Source: Camelus dromedarius (lineage: Eukaryota). Taken from it: 64,000 bases of DNA. Positions within the stretch are counted from its first letter, which is position 1. Each line of letters opens with the position of its first letter. The stretch covers positions 19,346,001-19,410,000 of the forward strand of contig NC_087437.1 of assembly GCF_036321535.1 (NCBI RefSeq). The letters run 5' to 3'. The position numbers and the translations under genes are program-made. The notes below the pieces were generated by a model that did no database searches, was not told where the DNA came from, and saw nothing but the letters and a program-made list of their open reading frames with translations. Of this stretch, positions 50,631-62,157 are shown piece by piece.

Positions 50631-53089
50631 AATAATTCATCACCACATTTAATTTTCATAGCAATCCCATCAGTGGTACCACCCCCAGCTCCTTTTGACA
50701 AATGAGGAGACTGAGGCCCAGAGGGGTAGAGTGCCTTCCCCAGGAAACACAGCTGGAGGGTGGACCCAAGATTCAAATCCAGGTACATCTCAAAGCCAAA
50801 GCTCGCAGTTGCTCTGCTGCACCCCACAGATGTCCAGCTCACACACTGCTGCTATCACACGGATCCTCAGGTGCAGACCATCGTGGGCTGCTGCAAGGTT
50901 GGCGTCCCTGGGCAGACTCCACCTGCAGAGACTGGACTGCATCTCTCCAATCTCATTCAATCCCCATACCTGGGCACTCTCAGCTCCAGCATAGGCTTCC
51001 TACACTGAATCATCACAAGAACATCTCAGGAACCTGGGAATGGCCCAGTCCACGTCCTCAGTGCTCTTTCCTAGCAGTTACCATGGTCTAGCACAAGCAC
51101 GGCCTTGGAACCAGCAGCATCAGCACCTGCCAGGAACTTGTTAGAAACACAGGGTCTGGGTCCTTACTCCAGACCTTCTGAGTCAGAAACTCTGGAAGTA
51201 GGCAAGTTCAAGTTCAAGAACTACTGCTCTAACTACTTCTGTGGTTCTTAACCTACGATCTGTGGACTCTGAATGTCATAGGATGTTTTTAGATGCATGT
51301 GACAGGAAGCCAGATCAAAGAGCTCAAGGGGAAAGAAAGGGGCTACTGGCTGGTTCAAGGACACATGAAAAGTCTCGGAATGGCGGTAGTGTCAGGAGTT
51401 CCAGCAACTCTCCAATGATGTAGCTTCCCCTCTCCCTGTCTGTCTGTCTGTCCCTCATTTCTACTTCTCTACTGGCCTCATCTTAGTTTTCCCTTCTGTT
51501 GGATTTCCTCATGCAGCCATGGAGGGGGACATGGAAACTTATATCATACAAGTTTCTCAACCTTAGAGGGAACAGAACCCATCTCTCTCCCAGGGTCCCC
51601 GAATTAAACTGCAAGAAACGTTATGACTGGCCCAGTGCGAGTCACATGCACAGTTGTGTGACAGGCCATGGGACGCTGTCATCACCCAGGTTTAAGGTGC
51701 TCATCCCCAGAGAGACAAGGTACTGGGATCTGCAGCTCCACCAGAACCCACAAGGTAAGTAGGGGTAATTCCCACCCAAAAAAGGAGGTGCTTCTTTGGG
51801 TGGATGGGGAAGCAACATCGGGTAGAAAAACAAACAACTGTAACTCCCCCAGTAAACACCTGGCCATCACAGGCGAGGAGGCTTTGCTCCCAGACTAGGG
51901 TATCAGAAGGCCTTTGCTCCCTTGTTGCACACAGTACTGTGGCCTCACAAGGCACTGTCTCCTGTGCTGCTGCCATGGCAACAGAATCTGCTGTGAGACA
52001 GGTGAGGCAGCTGTCATGATGCCCATTTTGCAGACGTGAAAACAGAGACAGTGTGCTCCGTCATTTAAGGTCACTGTCACTTAGGTAGTAGAGGAGGATT
52101 CCCAACCAGATGTCTGACTCTAACACCAGCACTCCTTCTCCACACTCTTAAGCCTGGTCAGTTTTGTCTGTGCTGAATTCCAGCTTGTGATGAGGCTTGA
52201 AATAAGGAAAGGAGGTGCTGGCCCTCAGCAGAGCTCCATGGGAGAACTTGTAATAGACAGCTTTACAAACAGACTAGTTAGAATCCTTCCTCTGCCACCA
52301 GCTGGCTGGGTGACCTTGGGCTAAAAAAGATTTCTCACCTTAGAGCCTCAGATTCCCATCTGTGAAATGGGCATAATGGTACTTACAGAACAGTATTTGT
52401 TGTCGGGACCAAAAGAGAAAAAGTGCTCAAATCACTTGGGGCAGGCATGGCACTCAGCAAGGACTTAGTACATATAATTTTCCTTTGTTCTCGCCTAACA
52501 AAAAACAAAACCTAACAAACAAGTGTGACTCTTGAAAGCTACTTTGTGAATGTTATTTGGGTTGCTCTAATTCTTCTTTTTTTTTAATCCTCAAAAGCAT
52601 GCTGCTGACACTGATTTCAAAGGTCGGAGAACTTTAGCTAAGACATGAAAGAGACTCCGTGTTTCCTTCCCAGAAGGGACCCAGCCAAATGCTGGGGGCC
52701 TGATCTGGGTACGGGCGGCTCTCTGAAGGCTCCCAAATCCAAAGGCATTCACAGCTCCGCAGCCCAGGGAGTTAATGCTGCCATTGACATTGTGGTCTTT
52801 TTAAAAATAAGAACCCCCCCCCCCCAAAATCTCTTTACTCAATCAAGAATAGGATCAGAAAGCTGGCAAGAATTTAAACCAAAGCATTAACAACAGTTTG
52901 GTAGATTTCATGTATTATCATATATACTTAGGTGAATGGATGGATGGATGAAAGGAGGTAGGTCAGGAAGGGAAGGGAAGGACACACAGATGGTTAAAAA
53001 AGAAAGAATTCAGAAAATCGATAAGCGCTAATATGGAAAGATGACTAAGGAGTATCACTGAGTGAGGAAACAAAGTGCAAAGGAATAGA

Positions 53090-53165
53090 TTTCCTTCCTT
53101 CCTTCCTTCCTTCTTTCCTCCCTCGCTCCTTTCCTTCCTTTCTTTTCTCCTTCCCTCCCTCTCAC
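53090..53165 (+). repeat. (TTCC)n-type pyrimidine-rich low-complexity tract
   Basis: Directly visible. Confidence 0.85.
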
Positions 53166-56100
53166 TCTTTTTGGTCTTCAGCTAGCCGTATCGTATTGAC
53201 CAATTACCTGATGAACAGCTGCACAGCTAGATGGCGTCTATACTCGAGGAAGCTTTCCGGACAGACCCACCAGAAACAGTCCCACTGATAACCTCTGGGG
53301 AGTGGGAACGAGGCCAAGGGGGGGAAGGGGTCTTTTCCTTTTCAGTCCACTTTCTCCTGTGCCATTTGAATTTCCTTTTACAATAAAAACAAAGAAAGCA
53401 TCAGAGGGCCAGGGCTGGAAGCGGAAGGCAGACTCTGCGGAAGGGGTCATCCTGAGTTCAAGGCTGGATAGAAGGCGAAGGCGAGGCCTCAGCCTGGGAG
53501 GAGGTGCCGGCTCCTGAGCGAACAAAGCTGCCTCCTCCAGGGAAAAGCTGACCGGGTATTCACGGCGGGATGACAAATGGCCCTTCTGCCACCACCACAC
53601 AGAGCCGGGCTCCCGGCTGGGATTCCTGTTGGATCATTATCATTCCTCATGCCGGAGGACTCCCTGGCCCAGGCGTGGGGAACGCTATTTGAAGTTAAGG
53701 AGTACCTCCCTTTCTGAAGGTCTCCCACCCTGCCAAAGCCTACATCTGCTAGATTCAACAAATAATACTGGTTTCAAACTGGGCCTGGGATTTCTTTCTA
53801 AGGGATAAAGGCGTGCATGAAGCCGTGAAGAAAAACTGAGCCCAGTCTTTGTACATTTCTACCAAAACGACAGCCCCGGGTGGGTGTGGTCATGTAAAGC
53901 TCTGAAAAGAAAAGACTGGAAATGTGAGCTGAGTGATACCGGGGCCACACAGATCTGGTCCCTCCTCCTCCTTCAGCCTGGGCAAGACCACAGCCATTCC
54001 AGGTGGTTCTGGGCATGGAGTTCAGTGTCCACAGAGGTCTGATGATGGGCTAAGCGAGCCAGTTGGCACGTGGCCCTCTACCCTGAGTTTACTACCTTCC
54101 ACTTTTTATAGAGACGCAGGTACAGAGAGATGTTTCTTTTCTCCAAAGTGGTGGTTCTCAAGGTTCAGTTGCACCAGAACCGCTTGGTGGGCTTATTGCA
54201 ACCCAGGTTGCTGGCCCCACCCCCAGAGCTTCTGAGTCAGGAGGCCAGGGGGTCTGGCTGGAGAATCTGTTTCTAAGTTCTTACACTGCGGCTGCAGCCG
54301 GTCTCAGCTTCTCCGCGAACCACTGCTCTAAGGGACCCACAGTGCAAACAATGGTTGCTTGATCCTCAGCTCCAGGTCACAGGGCAAGGTGAGGACTGGG
54401 GTTAAGTGGGGAACGTCCCATCTAAAGGGAGCAACTGCGACAGCGTCCCAGAGATCTACCCGATGCTGGAATAAAAGGGCGCGTTCAGCGGTCTCGATTT
54501 TGTTGGGGGAAGAACAGCCAGATAGATGGATTTTTCAGTGAAATCTTATCATCTTTGACAATCATTGGCAAATGGCTCTGACATTTTTCCAACATTGTGC
54601 AAGCCAAACAAAACACATCTGCAGGCCGGATTTCATCCTCCAGCTGCTGTTCCAGAACACGACCATGGTTCCCATGGAAAGAGGCAGGAGCAGAGCCCTC
54701 TGAACCCTCAAGGCCCTTTGGGGAGGATGTCAGCCTGACCATGCCTCTCCTGGAAGGCTCCCTGGGGCCCATGGGGTGACATCTAGGCTCCCCGCTGGTT
54801 GCTCAGGGCTCCTCTCTTCCCCAGCCACACCCTGCACTCCACCCCATAAAGTCTTGCAGACTGCCCTATTCTCACCTCTGGAACCCCTCCCCATCTGGGC
54901 CTTTTCTGACCTCCGGGCCTTTGTGCACGTGGTTCCCTCTCCTGGAATGCTTGTTCCTCTCCTCATCTGCCCTAATTCTCACTGGTCCTTCTAGGACCCC
55001 CTCAGTTGTCTTCTCTTCCTGGGCACATCCCCTGCCCCCTCTCCCCCAGCCCTGTTCTCCCAGCTGTGCTTCCATCACTACACTGAGTTATAAGATGGGT
55101 CTGTCTCCTCCACTGGCCTGAGTGCTCCAGGAGGCCTTGCTGCCTCTGTGTCTCCAGGCTGAGCCCAGGGGGACTCAGGTTGTGGGACAGGTTGGAAATA
55201 GCATCACCAAGTGCTCTTCTCTTGGCCTTGGCCATCCTCTCGTCCCCTTTCTGTTTGCCTGGCTACTTCCTGCCCATCCCTGAGGCCACGGCTGAGACTT
55301 TACTTCCGGTGGAAACCTTCCCTGACCGCCCAGATGTAGGAGGGCTCCTTCTCTGCCTGTCCATCCCCCGCCAGCACACCATCCCAGTATCATTGGCTGC
55401 TCTGTTTTGCCGTCCCCACTGCCCTGAATTCCACAAGGGAAGGAATATTGTGTGATTCATCTCAGTAACACAAGGGCTGCAAAGACAGAGTAAGCACCAT
55501 AAAATGCTTGTATGACCAAGAAAGAAATGAACAGAACAGATGAAAAATGAGATCCTTGTAATATGCTGGGAAGAAAGTGTTAGAATGAGGCCAACCTGAT
55601 GCTGAGAACTGGCCTCCTCCGGCCGCTGCCCCTGGCTGGTGTGTGCAGAGTGCGAGGAGTAGAAGGGGTGGTGGTGCCTTATCTTTGGCAACGACCTTGC
55701 CCAGGACCGCCGGGGGCCCTAGAGACCCCGGCCAGTGTGGCCTCTTGCAGGCAGCTCCCCTCCACTGACAAGCACCAGACTGGACTGTTGCTATTGTTCT
55801 GTTATCCTACCCCCGCCCAGCCATACTCTTCCCTGTAGTCCCCCATCCAGCTGGGCAGCTGATGAGGCTTCTCGACAGCTCAGGGGCCAAGGAAAGGCCG
55901 GAGCAGAGGGGTCGTCCATTCCCCACCACCCTCCCAAAGCAACAGCCAGGTGAGTGCGTGCTGTCCGCTTGGGAGGGGCTGCTGGGAGTCCTAGGGCAGC
56001 CAGGGTGGCCATGAGTTCTCGTCCAATGTCATCTAGCTCGCCCAGCTGCTGGGTTCCCCCATCTGTTCACCTACCACTGTCCTAATGCGGTAGGCACGGT

Positions 56101-56297
56101 GCAGTGGTTAACAGCTGGGACTCCGGAGCAGACAGACCACATTCAAACCCTCCCCTGCCACTTCCTTAACCCCTCAAGGTCACATAACAAGAAATCCTGC
56201 TTGAGTTTTCTTATCTGTAAAATGGGGTTAAAAAGGAGTGTTGTGAAGATTCAGTGAGTTAAAATGTGAACAGTCTGTGTGCATAGTAAGCGAGGTG

Positions 56298-56913
56298 CAG
56301 GCAGACCTGGCTTTACTGCGCTTTGCGGGTATTGTGTTTTTTACAAATTGAAGTTTTGTGGCCACCCTGCTTAAGCAAGTTTATTGGAGCCATTTTTCCA
56401 ACAGCATGTGCTCACTTCGGGCCTTTGTGTCACAGTTTGGTAATTCTTGCAGTATTTCAAGCTTTTTCATTATCATTATATTTGTTATGGCGATCTGTGA
56501 TCAGTGAACTTTGAGGGTCCTACTGCAAAAAGATTACGACTCGCCAAAGGCTCAGATGTTGGTTAGCATTTTTTTGCTCTTTTAGTTTTTTAAATTATTA
56601 TTATCTCTTCTTTTTTTCTTTTTCTTTTTCTTTAATGGCGGTCCTGGGGATTGAACCCAGGACCTTGTGCATGCTAAGCACTCGCTGTACCACCGAGCTG
56701 TACCCTCCCACCTCTAAAGTAGTTTTTAATTCAAGGATATCTGCTGGTTTTCATACATAATGCTGTTGCATACTTAACAGACCATAATATAGTGTAAACA
56801 TAAGTTTGATGAGCACTGGGAAACAGAAAACTTCGTGTGCCTTACTTTCTTGTGATGTTCGTTCTATTGCAGTGGTCTGAGGCCGAACCTGCAAAATGTC
56901 CAAGGTCTACCTG
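56298..56913 (+). mobile_element. Tigger1-derived internally deleted DNA transposon containing a minus-strand tRNA-SINE (~56600-56712)
   Basis: TIRs CAGGCAGACCT ... AGGTCTACCTG; Tigger1 5' text 'ttttttacaaattgaagttttgtggccaccctg'. Confidence 0.85.
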
Positions 56914-58645
56914 CATTGGCTAGTGTTACTACATGATCAGTGTTTCCCGTATTAGTGGATGAGCGACAGAATGAAAGAGCAAAGATAATTAGCCAAGTAA
57001 GTACAAGCCAGAACATTCCAGAGGTTGCAGTGACCCAAAGTAAACAGAGATGTTTGCTGTGCCCTGTAAGTGCCTCAAGAGTGGGAGGACAAGGACTGTT
57101 CTTACAACGCAGTTCCAGGCAGCGAGCCTGGGACCAGACCTTGGGCCGTAGTCCCACAGGCAGGGACCCTCCTCACTAAGGCAGACCCTATTTGAAGGGC
57201 TCCTTTCCCACCATGAGCCTCTCAGAGGATTGAGGCCTCAGCTTTTAAAGGCACAACCTGACATTTTTGTGTAACAGTGTTTTCTCTCATTCATGGCCTC
57301 TCCCAGGATCCCCCCTGCTGGCTACTCCTCTTCCACCATCATTTCACCGGCAGACTCAGACAATAACTCCTGGTCTCTATCAGATGGATCAACAAGGAGG
57401 TGATGAGGGGCAGAGGGCGGGGTGGGGAGTGAGTCACCCAGGCCTCGGGTTCCTTACTCCCAGACACGGGCACTCCTTCAACCACAGTCCTAACAAACCC
57501 CAGCCATCTGGTTTCTGCAAAGGCTACCAGAGGAATCTGGCCCAGAGCAGGAGTGTGGGCCTCAAAGTCTGGTCTCTGGCAAGTCTCTTAGCCTCTGGGA
57601 GCCTCAATCATTGCAAAATATCAGCTTACTAATCCTTCCCTCACTGGGATGAGCTGGAGAATAGCTGGCACAGTGCGGGGCATGGAGCAGACCCTCAGTC
57701 AATGGTGGGAGGGGGAGAGGCGGGGGGAGAACTTCATCAGTAAGCAGGCTGGCTCCCTGGGGGTGGGCCTGAGCTAGCTCTGGACCCAAGACTGTGAAAG
57801 GGAGACCAGGAGCACCCTGACCTGCCGGCGACCCGAGAATGTTGCTAGAGGCCTGGGGCTGAACTTCCGGAGGCTGGAAGCTACAGTGGCAGCTCTAATT
57901 GGGGTCTCCGGGCCACCAGCTTCCCACCTTGGGAGCAGCCGGCTCACTCCCCTTCCCCATTGCAGCTTCCTCTGGCCTGGGCTGCAGTGGCACTGACCTA
58001 CAGCGTAGGTGTTGGCTGCAATGTTCAAGGGAAGCCCAGGGGGCAGTGGAGGATAGGATGGGGAAGGGGATGGCCAGGAGCCAAACCCCAGTTTGAGGAT
58101 GGGGAGGGGCAGGTCAGAAGGCAGAGATCACTGGCAGTGGCCCTTGCTTCCTGGAGTGGCTTCATGCTAGGTCATGTAGGAAGTTTACACTTCAAAAGGG
58201 CTCCCTGCGTTTCTTCTTGCTTTTCCCCCTTCTCTCCTCCCTCCCCCCAGCCTACAGTACAGCCAGAGAACAGAGTCAACACATTTGCCTGGAATTCCAG
58301 CCCAGACCTCCCGGAGCTGTGCTACTCTGGGCAGTTGCTTTATCTCTTTGAGTCTGTAAAATGGGAGTCCTCTCAAGGTTGTTGTTAGGCTCAGATGATG
58401 TCTAGTGTATAAAGCACCAGGCTCAGTGCCGGGAGGCAGCAGAGACTCAACAAACCACAGCTTTCATAACTTCCCATCCAGTTTGGATGCCTGATGAGTC
58501 AGGTGCCGCCTACATTGCGGGCTGGGAATGTGAAGACCTTCCATCCCTGAGAACACCAGGGCCCTGTTTCCCTCTCAGATGAACTAGCCCCGCCTTTGGT
58601 CAGGAACCCTGGGCAGGAGATGCCCACGTGTACGCAAACCCTCAC

Positions 58646-58824
58646 CATGCACTTGCGGTCGTCTATGCCCGTCAAATCCTCCTCGAACTCCTTCCCAACC
58701 TCGAAGTCCATGATGTAGTTCCTGAAAGTGCTCAGCGTGCGGATAATCATGTGGTCGCCGTCCTGCACAATCTCTTTGTCTGGCTTCAGCAAGTTGGCGA
58801 TTTTGCGCAAGGCCACATTGACAT
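58646..58824 (-). CDS. RBP1: RBP1 coding exon 2 (DVNVALRK...DDRKCM)
   Basis: Acceptor CTGCAG|ATGTC at 58825; donor ATG|GTGAG at 58645; 179 nt. Confidence 0.98.
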
Positions 58825-59189
58825 CTGCAGGGAGTGCCAGGACAGAGAGGGACGGAGAGTTGCCAGAAAAGTCAGAGGACCGTTGAAAAGATAAGGGAGC
58901 TCCAGGAACCCGATCCCCGCCCCCTCAAGACCACTGAGGTTCCCTGTTCACGTAGCGCGGTCTCTGCGTGCAGCTGGTCTGTGCCTTTTTTCTTTTTCTT
59001 CTTTCCTTTTCTTTCTCTCCCTCCTTTTTTTTTTTTTTAACAACAAAGTTTTCTGCCCATGTGCTAACTCTTTCAGAACAAAAAGTAGCAAACCATGCCC
59101 AGCTTTCCTAATGAACTATCCACATCGAAAGCCAACTATCAGACACTGGCCACCAGTGAACCCTAACAACTCCCGTCCTCCAGTTCGCA

Positions 59190-59700
59190 GCCCGCTGGTC
59201 CCCTGGAGCGGTGGCCGTGGCTGCCCTTTCCCGGCGGAGGCGGGCGGGCGGCAAGCCCGAGAGGGCGCCGGGACCCCCACCCCCAGCAGCCCGGCCGGGC
59301 GCCCGGGGCCCAGTGCGCCGGCCGGCAGCGCTTACCCAGCGCGCGCAGGTACTCCTCGAAATTCTCGTTAGCCAGCATCTTCCAGTACCCGGTGAAGTCG
59401 ACCGGCATTTCGGGGGACGGCAGGGGCCGGACGGGGGACCGAACGGGCGGGAGCAGCTCTGGGCTGGCGGTGCGATCCGGGTGGTGGGCGGCCCGGAACT
59501 GTGCGCCCTTCGGGGGCAGGGGGCTGGGGGGCGGCGACAGCTGGATTCCAGGCGCTCACAAAGCCGGCAGGAGGATCCATTGTAGCCATCGCTCCTCCCC
59601 ACTCAGCGGGGCGGGGGTGGGGGCGGGGATGTCGAAGGGCCAGGTTGTCCCGGGCCCGACACCGCCTGGTTCAGACTTTCAGTTTGCTCCCCTACGAAGG
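59190..59700 (-). promoter_or_regulatory. RBP1: RBP1 CpG-island promoter with GC boxes
   Basis: Very GC- and CpG-rich segment over exon 1. Sp1-type GC boxes GGGGCGGGG at ~59608-59616 and ~59620-59628. No obvious TATA box. Confidence 0.85.
59336..59408 (-). CDS. RBP1: RBP1 coding exon 1 (MPVDFTGYWKMLANENFEEYLRAL + 1 nt)
   Basis: ATG at 59408 in context GAAATGC; 73 nt; donor G|GTAAGC at 59335; CRBP1 N-terminus. Confidence 0.98.
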
Positions 59701-60410
59701 AAGATGAGATGGGGGGTTGGGGTGCGGTTTGCTTTATCGGTTCCAACTCTTCGGTTCCTGCGAGATTCCTTCAAATGGCTTGAACTCACATTCAGCGGCC
59801 ACTTGAGGGTTGGGAAAGACTCCTGGGTTTGCTGGAGTAATTAGGGACTTATAGGCCTTTGTCTTAAACCCTGCGCTGGTGGCCTGGCATGTGGGGGTCC
59901 AGAATCCGGAAAGCTGGGCAGTTCCACTCCGAGAAAGAAAAGTGGGGCGCTCTCCAGGTCCCTTCCCGGAAGGAAAGCAAGGTTGATGTTGCTTGAAGTA
60001 AGTATGGCTAAAAAGGCCCTCTGGGTGGTTCTGATGCCCAGTGAAGTTTCAGATCCACTGCTGTATGCAAATGTAAGCAATTACCAATACACCGTTGATT
60101 TCCCCTCCCCTTTCCCCTGGCAGCAGCACAGTACTCCAGTGTTCCGCACTTCGCTTTTCCCACTCAGTATATTCCAGAGACCTTTCCATATCTGTACAGA
60201 GGAAATATCCTCGTTCCTTTGTGAGAAGTCCCATTGTTTACCCAGCTTGTCCCCCACTGATGGACATTTATGTCGTTCCAATTCTTTACTATTAGAAGCA
60301 GTACGGCAGTGAAGATCGTTGAATGCATCTCATTTCCCACCTGGAGGGTATGTCATCGTGCTTTAAAACCTCTGTCTTTGCCAGCAAGGAGATGACATAA
60401 TCATGTGGGT

Positions 60411-60424
60411 TGACTTTTTGACCC
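60411..60424 (-). promoter_or_regulatory. DR2 retinoic-acid response element upstream of RBP1 (GGGTCA-AA-AAGTCA)
   Basis: + strand TGACTT TT TGACCC, ~1.0 kb upstream of the RBP1 ATG. Same AA spacer and similar position as the rodent CRBPI DR2 RARE (AGGTCA-AA-AGGTCA). Confidence 0.75.
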
Positions 60425-60669
60425 TCTGTGAAAGACTAAATATCTCTTTTAAATTGCTTTTTGCTTAACTCACAGCCTAGGTGACAGCAGGCACGTTCTC
60501 TTCCACCTCCAGCACTACCGTGGCTCCAATATCCCCACCTCCTCCCTCCTCAGGGCTCACACTGCCTCTGGCTGAGTTAGGATAAAATGTCTCTTCTTCA
60601 GGGTAGGGATAGCTTCATCCCAGGGAGTGGCTTGGATTTCAGCCTCTCTTACCCCCCCCAGCTCTACAC

Positions 60670-60882
60670 TAGGGTTTCTCAACCTTGGCACTGTTGCCAC
60701 ATTGAACCACGTAATTCTTTGTGGGGGGAGGGGGGCCGTCCTATGTATTGTAGGATGTCTAGCAGCATCCCTGGCTTCTACATCCTGGATCCCAGTTGGC
60801 ACCTCCCACAAAGATGTCTCCAGACATTGCCAAATGCCCCAGATGGGAGGTGGAGAGCAAACTCACCCCACTTGAGGCCACT
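60670..60882. mobile_element. MER20 hAT-Charlie MITE
   Basis: 'ggtttctcaaccttggcactgttg...gatgtctccagacattgccaaatgcccc'. Confidence 0.8.
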
Positions 60883-62157
60883 CTTACAATTGCCTGGTGA
60901 GGTGGGCAGTACTGTCCCTATATCATTGAGCGGTCAAGCAGCTTGCCCCGTGTCGCCAGCTGTTGGGGAAGCAGAGCTTCCCGAGGGCAGTGGGGTTGGA
61001 GCAGAGATCCTTGGGACAGACCCTGAGGCTCCGTCCCTACCAAAAAGATGCCCCTCACAAGGAGGAGGAACGGGACCGTGCCTTCCAGCCTCGTGCCCGT
61101 CCTCTTTGCTGGGTCCCCTGCACCCAGAGACTAGAGTCTCCTAGCAGGGGACAGGTGGCCTCATGCTGATAAAACAAATCTTCCTCATCCCCACTTCTCT
61201 TCTCAAGGGCTAGTTTTATTTTGGAGACTTGTGAAATCTCTTTTTCTGTGTTCAAATAAGTCTCTGGAATTATGTTGTGGAGAATAACCCAGCTCCAATT
61301 ACCGACCTGTCGCCCTGCCATCTGTACGGTTAATGTCAGAAAATATGAGGGTAGCCCAGCAAAGCTGCCTCCCCATGCCTACCATGCTTGGGAGTGAGAG
61401 GGCTTATCTAGAGGCCACAGGGGATGAGGGGCACCGAGGTCTACCCAGGAAGCCCTTCTTGGATATATTTATGAACATGCAAATATGCAAATGAAACACC
61501 AGGTCTACAAGCCCCAGAATCTTAAACCCTCTTTGGGGTGAGGTAGTGGCCTGGGGATTTAGTTCTGTCTAGAAAATGGTTCTGCAGAGTGGATCAGCTG
61601 TCTTTCATGACATGACAATCATGTCTACAAATTTTGATATACACTGCATGGAAGTCTTTCTTTTTCTGCCTTCCTCTCTCTTTTTGCTTTCTTAACTATT
61701 TTGTTATGGACAATTTTAAACCTCCATAAACATAAAGAGAATTGTATACTGACCTCCCATGGATTCATCATCGGCTTCAACAATTATTAACCCACAGCCA
61801 ATCTGGTTTTATCTCTGTCCCCACTCACCCTGTATTTCCAAAATTATTTTGAGACAAATACCAGACATCTTATCATTTCATTGGGAAACATTTCAAGAAG
61901 TAGTTCTAAAAGATAGAGTCATTAAAAAAAAAAAAACCACAACACCATTATCACAACTAAAACCCAATAATATTAATTCCTGAATATCATCAAATGTCCA
62001 GAAAATGCTCACTTACCTCAAAATTTTTTTTGTTTGTTTGAATCCAGATCCAAACAAATTTCAAACATTGCCATTGGCTGATATATCTCTTTTATTTTAT
62101 GGTTTATCCTTTCATTAAAAAAATATAAATATATACATATATATTATATAGTCATAT

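Larger units (their letters stand above)
33601..59408 (-). other. RBP1: RBP1 gene span (start to stop codon), cellular retinol-binding protein 1; 4 coding exons, 135 aa
   Basis: Exons of 73+179+102+54 = 408 nt splice in frame to [135 protein letters not shown]. This is the typical 4-exon intracellular lipid-binding protein layout. Retinol-binding K41 and Q109 (K40/Q108 mature numbering) are intact. Confidence 0.98.

Noticed and set aside
51205..51216. DR0 AGTTCA-AGTTCA
   Set aside because: Lies at the end of a MER5-like remnant; probably repeat-derived or chance.
58499..58645. Open reading past the RBP1 exon 2 donor ([11 protein letters not shown]...)
   Set aside because: There is a canonical GTGAG donor at 58645. 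The tail has no recognisable homology and would truncate the beta-barrel, so it is treated as intron.
59108..59844. Multiple overlapping Pro/Arg/Gly-rich ORFs on both strands
   Set aside because: Stop codons are depleted in a CpG island; only the RBP1 frame has protein support.
60587..61144. Longest ORFs in the track (185 aa here; 175 aa at 36967-37494; 173 aa at 8034-8555)
   Set aside because: No recognisable domain; they overlap MER20 or other non-coding sequence and are of a length that arises by chance.
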